A stretch of DNA of 46,820 nt from Nemertoderma westbladi (Eukaryota; Animalia; Xenacoelomorpha). Location of the stretch: positions 1 to 46,820 of the forward strand of contig JAUCBJ010006482.1 in the NCBI GenBank assembly GCA_032718475.1, written 5' to 3'. The position numbers were made by a program, and so were the translations under genes. This document shows, one piece after another, positions 40,276-46,820 of the stretch; the stretch's first letter is position 1, and each line of letters starts with the position of its first letter. The notes under the pieces were generated by a model. It saw nothing but the letters and a program-made list of their open reading frames with translations, did not search any database and had not been told where the DNA came from.

Positions 40276-42389
40276 CTGCAACAAAGATACAAAACAATTA
40301 ATTGCTTGAATATTTTTTTAATTTTCAATACAGTTTTTTGGTGAAATATTACAGAGTCGTTTACTTGTTCTACAATGTCCTATGTACATTGTTACAATTG
40401 GACGGATCCAAGATGGATGTCCTTCTTTCGCACACGTGTTTGTTTGTGTGTTTGTTTGTACACACAACTTATTGCACTTAATGTTGATGGAATTGGATGA
40501 AACTTTGATGATAGGTTCATTATCGGACCTAGTTGTGTATGCAAGGTTTTGGTTGCGAGGGACCTTGCAACAGTGAAATCTATTCTAGAATGAACGATCA
40601 TAATTGTAGAATTCACTCAATCAAATTTCTGTCGACACCCCATAGGGAGCACCTATTGGACATGCTTTATGCAAAATTTAGTTTAGAATTGTTGTGGTAG
40701 AAGATAACATTTCCTACAAACAGTTTTTATACATATATACAATGAATTATACGGACGCTACTTTGCCCAATCTGTACCAATCTGGTTAAATTCTCACAAT
40801 ACTTATACACAATTTAGATATGTTACAAACATACAGGTATGGTTACAAACAACTCGTGATAGCGGTAGGTACAATATTGAACCACAGTATACAAAAAATA
40901 AGACCACAGTGTATACTTTAAGGCAAGTAAAAGTAAAAGTTCAAGATAATGTCTATTTTCGCTCTATACTTACAAGCAATAACTCCTGACAGAGTATATT
41001 GAACCCTTTTCGAAGTGTCGTTTGGTATTATTCTGTTTCTAATTTTCTTTACTAAATCCATTGCGGCTTTATGGATTGGAGTCAGCGTCACCAGATACCA
41101 AATAAACAACGGAACTCCGAACATCAGGTAGAAAGGAGAGAATTGCTTTGTCGCCGCGCTATTTGGTGTCATTCCATTGTAGCCTGTGATATAATAATAA
41201 TTTATCAATCAAATTAAAAATATTTTGTTAAAATAAATAATATTATCAAATTCGATTCGATGTGTGTGTGATTCGATTGGGTTTTAATATGAAAAAAGTA
41301 GTGTTGTAATAATAAAGCCACGAGGAGCCAAACACCGTTAAGTACTTTACAACTAACAAGTACTGTAGCCTAACTTACAGTATGTGTAGTTTTATTCTAC
41401 AGTCAACATTACGAAATGGCTACACTGTAGAATATTGGTGCGATTTCTCAATTTTTATAACAAGAATTGATAGAGACTAGTTTTCACGTACAGTAATATT
41501 ATCTAATTTCACCCCACCAGTCAGAATGTGTTTCAGATTGGTTTCATTGGGAACGTCTCTAACATGTCATAAGTCGTTTGTTACGACCCATGAGTCGAAA
41601 GTGATTCCATCTTTTGACATACGACACATGAGTTCTTTCTGGCAAGAGGCCTGTGATTGGTTACTTAGGGTAGCAGCAAGCCAGAAAATATTGTACAGAG
41701 AAAAAATATGAGACGCATCTTGGGTTTTTAAGATTTTTAATCTTATATCTTAAGGCTCATGACTTACCAGTGGAGCACGGGGGATATACTTTTGACATAC
41801 GGACTCCGACCAAATCTGAAAACGACTTATGACATGCGACACATAGCCACATATGACATGTGTGGTCAGTGGAGCACGGGCCTTAAAGACATTGTCTAGT
41901 CTAGTGCGAAACTGAAACCATATTTCAACAAATTAGACCTTGTCGTTGGTAAAATAAAACAAAAAATACATGTAAGGAATCATATTATTCAGAAGATACT
42001 GAATGAGTAATGCAGTTGGACTAACCAATGGTTGTAGCCGTGGAGAACGCAAACAGCAAACTGGAACTGAAATCCCAAGTAGATATTTGTAAAGAAGAAT
42101 TTGGTAGCAACGAGACTCCGTTCATGAAACCGTTTTCTACCTCAACCAAGTACTCCGTGAGAATCTCACGAGTGAGGCATTCGTGTTGGACGAGAAACCG
42201 TTTGGTTGTCTTTACAAGAAGCGACTTTACGAGTTCGTTGTTGTTGTAACTTCTTTCACAGAAGTATATGATAGTGGCCCCAATGAATAAGTAGACCCAC
42301 ACGACAGCTGTAAATATTAGAACTTTAATCCAATATTTCATTGTAAGATTTTTCAGATGGTAGTCAAAAAGTTTGTTCTTTTTTGTCAT
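38141..42389 (-). CDS. Two-pore-domain (K2P/KCNK, TREK/TALK-like) channel-like protein, join(42389-42026, 41183-40974, 40275-38141), ~902 aa, atypical selectivity filters
   Basis: M1 (MKYWIKVLIFTAVVWVYLFIGATIIYFCE), cap with Cys (FLVQHECLT), pore helix 1 (WDFSSSLLFAFSTATTIG|YNG), M2 (FYLMFGVPLF), M3 (YFLLLCIIPSGIV), EGWTFGDAYYF pore helix 2, M4 (FYYLLLILYLSLCLSLF). Both introns are GT-AG and phase 1. Exon lengths 364+210+2135 = 2709 nt = 903 codons including the stop. Alternative start ATG at 42341. Confidence 0.88.
40395..40565 (+). mobile_element. HINE/DINE-1-like interspersed repeat fragment in K2P intron 2
   Basis: (GTTT/GTGT)n microsatellite at ~40433-40460 followed by GATGGAATTGGATGAAACTTTG, a layout recalled from Helentron-associated non-autonomous elements. 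Boundaries approximate. Confidence 0.4.
40974..41183 (-). CDS. K2P-like gene coding exon 2 (rest of P1, M2, M2-M3 loop)
   Basis: Acceptor TTATTATATCACAG|GC TAC AAT GGA; reads (G)YNGMTPNSAATKQFSPFYLMFGVPLFIWYL...SGVIA; donor T|GTAAGT at 40973. Confidence 0.87.
41311..41418 (+). repeat. Dispersed repeat, copy 1 (partner at 46626-46713)
   Basis: Shared blocks AATAAAGCCACGAGGA, AAGTACTTT, TGTAGTTTTATTC and AACATTACGAAATG in the same order. Confidence 0.8.
41510..41886. mobile_element. Degenerate MITE-like element in K2P intron 1 (PIF/Harbinger-like right end)
   Basis: 17-bp perfect inverted pair CATGTCATAAGTCGTTT (41563-41579) / AAACGACTTATGACATG (41820-41836). 14-bp direct repeat CAGTGGAGCACGGG (41768-41781, 41867-41880). 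Ends ...GGGCCTTAA. The left terminus is not clearly recognisable. Confidence 0.5.
42026..42389 (-). CDS. K2P-like gene coding exon 1 (M1, cap domain, pore helix 1 to TTIG)
   Basis: ORF 42021..42389 ends ACC ATT G|GTTAGT (donor at 42025). An intron inside the first Gly codon of the P1 filter is the conserved K2P intron position. Confidence 0.88.
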
Positions 42390-43298
42390 GTAAACTGAAT
42401 CAATTTGGATATCACGTAATAATTAAATAAGTAATAATTATATTTGTATACAACAAGTTTTTACTTGAATTATTTTTTTCTGTTTACTATATTTTACTAT
42501 GATTTTACTGTATTTTTAGTAGTTGTTATTATTTATATAAGCGCCTTGAAATATTATACCTTAGAAAGCCGCTATTATTAATTATTATTTATTTTATATT
42601 TATTATAATCCTAATATAATATTAACAGATATAATATTCCTAAAACAATGTAGCAAAAGTAAGAAAGTAGGGTCACATTTAATTTGTTTTCATTGTTTCT
42701 CTGTTCAGTACAATTGAGATAACTGAAAACAAATGATTTATAGTACAATAGAAATATTCGTTGGGGAGGTAAATAGGGGTGGGTGTAAAAATGTTTGGCA
42801 GGACTATATTAATACAGACTAATTATTTTGGCGGGGTGTGTGTGTTAAACAAACGGAGATTGGCTAATACCTTGGCCCCTTGAGGTTTATAATAGGAAAT
42901 AAAGTCGGGTTACCTGGTTGTATAGAGTCGCATATAAAGTGTTTCGTGTTTATACAGTCGCGAATAATAAATACACCGGTTTATAACATTGTGTAGATGT
43001 ACATGTTTCGGTTAATATGAATTAATCCCCTGTGTATAACTTGTTAGTTCGTGGGCCATTATAGTATCGGGGTGTTATGTGAACTCAGTCAGAATGGAAT
43101 GCGGCGTTTTAAATTAACTACAGTATTACAGTATATGTTTACTACTGTCGCTTACTGTCGGATTGAATGGATAGAATTGGAATTTTGTAGACGTGTGTGT
43201 AGAGGCCTATATATTATAATGTAGGCCTACTTTGTTCACAACGATGTATTTCTAGTTCTGTCTTGTCTGCATTGTTGTCTGCAATCTAGACATTGGGA

Positions 43299-43321
43299 GG
43301 GGGGGGGGGGGGGGGGGGGGG
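43299..43321 (+). repeat. G23 homopolymer, G-quadruplex-capable
   Basis: 23 consecutive G, preceded by GGGA. Confidence 0.9.
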
Positions 43322-43496
43322 CTTGACTCGAATTAATCTCTCGCCAGTTGGCTACCATTTGTGTTGATAAAATCCACCCAAAATTTGTCTAATTTTATAG
43401 ATAATCAAACTCTAAAAATTAAAGAAAAAGTTTTTGATTTACTGTAGTTCCCATCCGTCCGTATTTCACATTACCACCGTAGATCATATAGGTGTA

Positions 43497-43676
43497 AAGT
43501 GTTTTATAGCGCTTTTTTCTGTCTTATAACCTGTACAGATACTAATTCTTTTATTGTTTTGGTTAGATTCAGACCGTGTTTTTAGTGAAAACCTGGGATT
43601 CTTCACATGGGGGTTAAACTGCACAAAAGTGAAATATAACGATATGAAGTCTGGTATACTTCACTTGGGCCTTTAA
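43497..43676. mobile_element. Left-truncated copy of the MITE at 44474-44750
   Basis: Colinear with 44571-44750 (AAGTGTTTTATAGCGCTT...TTGGTTAGATTCAG...TTCTTCACATGGGGG...AAGTCTGGTAT.CTTCAC.TGGGC) and ends in CTTTAA. Confidence 0.8.
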
Positions 43677-44473
43677 TTCGTGTGTAGGCATGGACTTACA
43701 TTTATGTAGGATTGTAATTGAGACAAGCAATCGTTAAACGAAATCGGTCGTCCCTTTGATGTTTAGTACCGACGCATTTATTCCAACACCCCTTCGGGTT
43801 AGAAACCTAGTGTATGTCGTGATGAAAATTGGAAATCAACTCCAAACTATACCGTTAAACATGTATGCGATTGTTGAAGAGGGTAATGACAAAATATCGA
43901 TCCTTTCATATTTTGTGTCAACTGCGAAGCAACGGTTCAATTACCATGGCAGCTGGAGGCGTTTGTCCTGGCATGCGTTACGTGCGCGCCGCACTATAAT
44001 ACTCTAATTACACAGCACCCATTGTAGCCTTTAGTATAGAGACTAAAGCCTCAATATCTAACCACTTAAAAGGATAATGCCAGAAAATGAGATTCCCTTA
44101 CTCGCCATTACTAATTGTAAGCCCTCTGTTAATATCGTATTACACTTGCGTTCAGTAACTATATAGGGCCGCGCTCTGCATTTTATGGCCATTATTCTGG
44201 GAAATAGCGCCCCGCTGACACTGTAAACAATTCGTACAGGCAGACTGTGAGCCAATCCGTCTACATTATTCGCCTTAATCTTAATGCATTATTCAGTTTA
44301 TTTAACTACTTTTATCACGTATAGGTGTTACTGTTTTTATTTTTTATGATAAATACGTTATACTTTATAGACTAAGTATGAAAAATGCAATGGAAGAAAA
44401 TGTAAAATAATTTAATGTAGGCCTACAGTAGTTACCAAATGTGATACATTGTATTTTCAGTGAACGTATTGTC

Positions 44474-44750
44474 GCCCATGTGAAGAATACCAGGATTTCA
44501 CTTTTCGGTCGACTTTTTATTGGAATTTTATATATGAAGATCTTTTATTTGTTTTAAATTTATCTTTATTAAGTGTTTTATAGCGCTTATTTCTGTCTTA
44601 TAACCTGTACATATACTAATTCGTTTATTGTTTTGGTTAGATTCAGCCCTTCTGTAACCTGTGTTTTTGTTGAAAACCTGGTATTCTTCACATGGGGGTA
44701 ACTGCAAAGTGAAATATAAGGTCAGCAAGTCTGGTATTCTTCACATGGGC
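44474..44750. mobile_element. MITE (~277 bp) with perfect 20-bp terminal inverted repeats
   Basis: GCCCATGTGAAGAATACCAG (44474-44493) is the reverse complement of CTGGTATTCTTCACATGGGC (44731-44750). Extra internal TIR copy at 44677-44696 and subterminal inverted ATTTCACTTT/AAAGTGAAAT. No coding capacity, and no clear TSD. Confidence 0.75.
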
Positions 44751-44991
44751 CCGTAATGTAGTGTAGCAAAAGTATAGTGGAACCACATTTTGTGTTCCGA
44801 AGGACACTTTTGCTACGGACACTGTAAAATACTTATAAATGTAGAAGTAAGATGAATAATGAGTAATCTTAATTACAGTATTTATATCTATTTAAATACC
44901 GGTAATATAAAGTAATGAATTTCATACGATTATCTAAGCAATTTAAGTGTAGGCCTATATTTTCCACATAATTAACAATAAATTGTTCGCT

Positions 44992-45681
44992 ATGGAAGAA
45001 ATCAGGAAAAACTACTATATAGCACAACTAGAAACAATTCGAGATGTTAAACAGAAAACTGAGGCTGTTCGGAAACTGAAAGTTTCTTTAGCGGAAAAGG
45101 TCCAGGAATACCAGCCAATGAGCGATCAGCTAGCCGAATACACAAGAGAACTCAATTTACTGCAACAGGAGAAACTCTCTCATGTGGAACAGTTGAGACA
45201 AATTCATGCTGATATGAACATACTGGACGGGATAATCAAAGAATCACAAGAGGAAATCATTCAGAATAAAGATAAGTCTAGACAGTATTACAACCAACTG
45301 ATAGAAATCCGTGAAGGTTTGGATAGTGATCGGGCTAAGTTAGGCCTAAATCCGTCCAAACTCCTTACGGAAACGGATATGGAAGAATTGGGTGTTCGAG
45401 GTTCCGCTAGTCACGATGTAACCAACGCGTATGAACGCATGTCGCCGGTTGTTGGGCCAGCTTCCACCGAGGGGCAGTCTGGTGTCCTGGGGCTGCCACT
45501 GATCGAGTTGGGTCTCAGCGGCATGGCCTCGTTCATCAGACAGAACCCGCCGCCAATGAAGCCGTGTATGTCCTGCCATCAGCAGATCCACAGGAACGCG
45601 CCCATCTGTCCGCTGTGCAAAGCGAAAAGTCGGTCGCAGAACCCGAAGAAGCCAAGAAAGGGAAGCTCTGGTGGCCCCTAA
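44992..45681 (+). CDS. ZC4H2: Zinc finger C4H2 domain-containing protein, 229 aa, single coding exon
   Basis: N-terminal coiled coil with LLQQEKLSHVEQLRQIHADMN and C-terminal RQNPPPMKPCMSCHQQIHRNAPICPLCKAKSRSQNPKKP closely match recalled ZC4H2 (KIAA1166) motifs. First ATG at 44992 (the ORF track starts at TTG 44983); TAA ends at 45681. Confidence 0.95.
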   Translation: MEEIRKNYYIAQLETIRDVKQKTEAVRKLKVSLAEKVQEYQPMSDQLAEYTRELNLLQQEKLSHVEQLRQIHADMNILDGIIKESQEEIIQNKDKSRQYYNQLIEIREGLDSDRAKLGLNPSKLLTETDMEELGVRGSASHDVTNAYERMSPVVGPASTEGQSGVLGLPLIELGLSGMASFIRQNPPPMKPCMSCHQQIHRNAPICPLCKAKSRSQNPKKPRKGSSGGP

Positions 45682-46104
45682 ATATTGGTAAATTGATATG
45701 GATTTGGTAAGGGTGCAATTTATATATCTACTGCACTACCGGTACCTAATTTATTGTTTAATTAACTTCTGCAAAAGACATTTGATTAGATACATTTTGT
45801 TACTAAATTATGTAGAATAGTTTCCATATATAGGAATATATTAAATATTGAATTATGAACATTGTTAAAAATGAAAGTATATTTATCATGTTGGATTTGT
45901 GTTAATTACAAACAACATCCTTTAAATTTATTTTCTTTGACACTGTTATTACTGTAGATGTAATTAATGTTTGTGTTCAAATATAAGTGTTTAGATTATT
46001 AGGTTATTATACCGTCCGCCAGTCACATGTTGAAAATAATAATTATTAAATATTAATCTAAGGGCTGGGGGGTAACCATCTTCCTGTCTGTCCGTTAAAA
46101 TCAA

Positions 46105-46203
46105 GGCACACAGACAGACCGACCGACTTTCTTCCTCTTCCACTAAGCATTAAAACTTCCGTAGGAAATGAAATCAGCGAACGCGAAAACCCTCGTAATA
46201 AAA
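46105..46203 (-). mobile_element. Possible HINE-like 5' end fragment
   Basis: Minus strand reads TTTTATTACGAGGGTTTTCGCGTTCGC... and then a GTCG/GTCT microsatellite (plus strand CAGACAGACCGACCGAC). Layout resemblance only. Confidence 0.3.
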
Positions 46204-46362
46204 TTTTAGTTCGGTGGTGTGCTTCATTCGAGTGACATTATTAGCCAACTGCCAACCAGACACCAGGCAGACACCAGTTTTGCGCCGCGGTGGACAGTGC
46301 CTACTACGGTTGGTTGGATGTCATAAAATATATATGTTATAGTACATTATGGTAATGCTCTC

Positions 46363-46477
46363 AAAAAAATATCAACCGCCCCTATTGGGGCTCGAACCCG
46401 GTACCTAGGTTTCAAACTTCCGGTTATCATCAGCCGAGTGTTTCCACAGCACACTGCACACAGCACAGCACAGTGCA
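46363..46477 (-). mobile_element. tRNA-derived SINE-like fragment
   Basis: Minus-strand B-box GGTTCGAGCCC (plus 46388-46398) matches GGTTCGANNCC and is followed by a T7 run (46363-46369). The A-box region is degenerate and overlaps (GCACA)n. No complete cloverleaf. Confidence 0.45.
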
Positions 46478-46625
46478 CCTAGGACAAAGTAGAGAAGGCT
46501 TTATAATGTTATATCTTCCTTCCTCTGTAATAACTACTGTATTTACATACTTGTGTGTAAAGTAGCACTTTACAGTGTGATGATAGTGGCTTTGTTACAC
46601 GAACGAACGTTAGTGAGTGAGTGAA

Positions 46626-46713
46626 AATAAAGCCACGAGGATCAGAACACTGTAAAGTACTTTGCAACAAATATGTATGTAGTTTTATTCCAAAATTTTA
46701 ACATTACGAAATG
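46626..46713 (+). repeat. Dispersed repeat, copy 2 (partner at 41311-41418)
   Basis: AATAAAGCCACGAGGATCAGAACACTGTAAAGTACTTT...TGTAGTTTTATTC...AACATTACGAAATG aligns by eye to copy 1 with one ~20-bp indel. Confidence 0.8.
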
Positions 46714-46820
46714 ATTGTACATATATCATAAGTGATAGAAACTGCACAAATTATATTAGTTGCTGTTTAAATAATTGTAAAAATGACATAAATTATGTTA
46801 TAAATAAATTTGCTTATATT

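Noticed and set aside
40035-40328. 97-aa minus-strand ORF overlapping K2P exon 3
   Set aside because: Alternative frame of the channel exon that begins in intronic sequence, with no recognisable domain.
38141-42389. Calling the K2P-like gene a pseudogene
   Set aside because: No in-frame stops over ~902 codons and canonical, phase-compatible splice sites, although expression is unproven.
40382-44728. Short ORFs at 40382, 40392, 41526, 42028, 43756, 44058 and 44528
   Set aside because: They lie in introns, in repeats, antisense to exon 1 or in intergenic DNA, and have no recognisable motifs.
45346-45718. Two minus-strand ORFs antisense to ZC4H2
   Set aside because: Shadow frames of the GC-rich 3' half of ZC4H2.
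46363-46477. Functional tRNA gene
   Set aside because: Only a B-box/T-arm is recognisable. No acceptor stem or anticodon arm could be folded.

Overview
Eukaryotic, AT-rich animal DNA, probably an invertebrate (inferred from spliceosomal introns, metazoan-type genes and repeat types). Bases 1-37547 are one head-to-tail satellite array of a 41-bp monomer (CTAACTTATCAGCCTACGTCCCCGTAGTTGCTCACATTATG, roughly 900 copies, with 39/40/43/45-bp length variants). It has nested higher-order duplications and an abrupt right edge. The remaining ~9.3 kb holds two divergently transcribed genes. On the minus strand is a three-coding-exon TREK/TALK-like two-pore-domain (K2P/KCNK) channel gene (42389-42026, 41183-40974, 40275-38141; ~902 aa). 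Both of its selectivity filters depart from the K+ signature (P1 TTIGYNG, P2 TTTTVITQ) and it has a ~630-aa low-complexity C-tail. On the plus strand is a ZC4H2 gene with an uninterrupted CDS (44992-45681). Introns and flanks contain an RTE-like LINE 3' remnant, MITE-like elements, Helentron/HINE-like fragments, a tRNA-derived SINE-like piece, a 24-bp palindrome and a G23 tract. The most interesting item is the intact K2P-fold gene with degenerate filters. All family assignments come from motif recall, not database searches.
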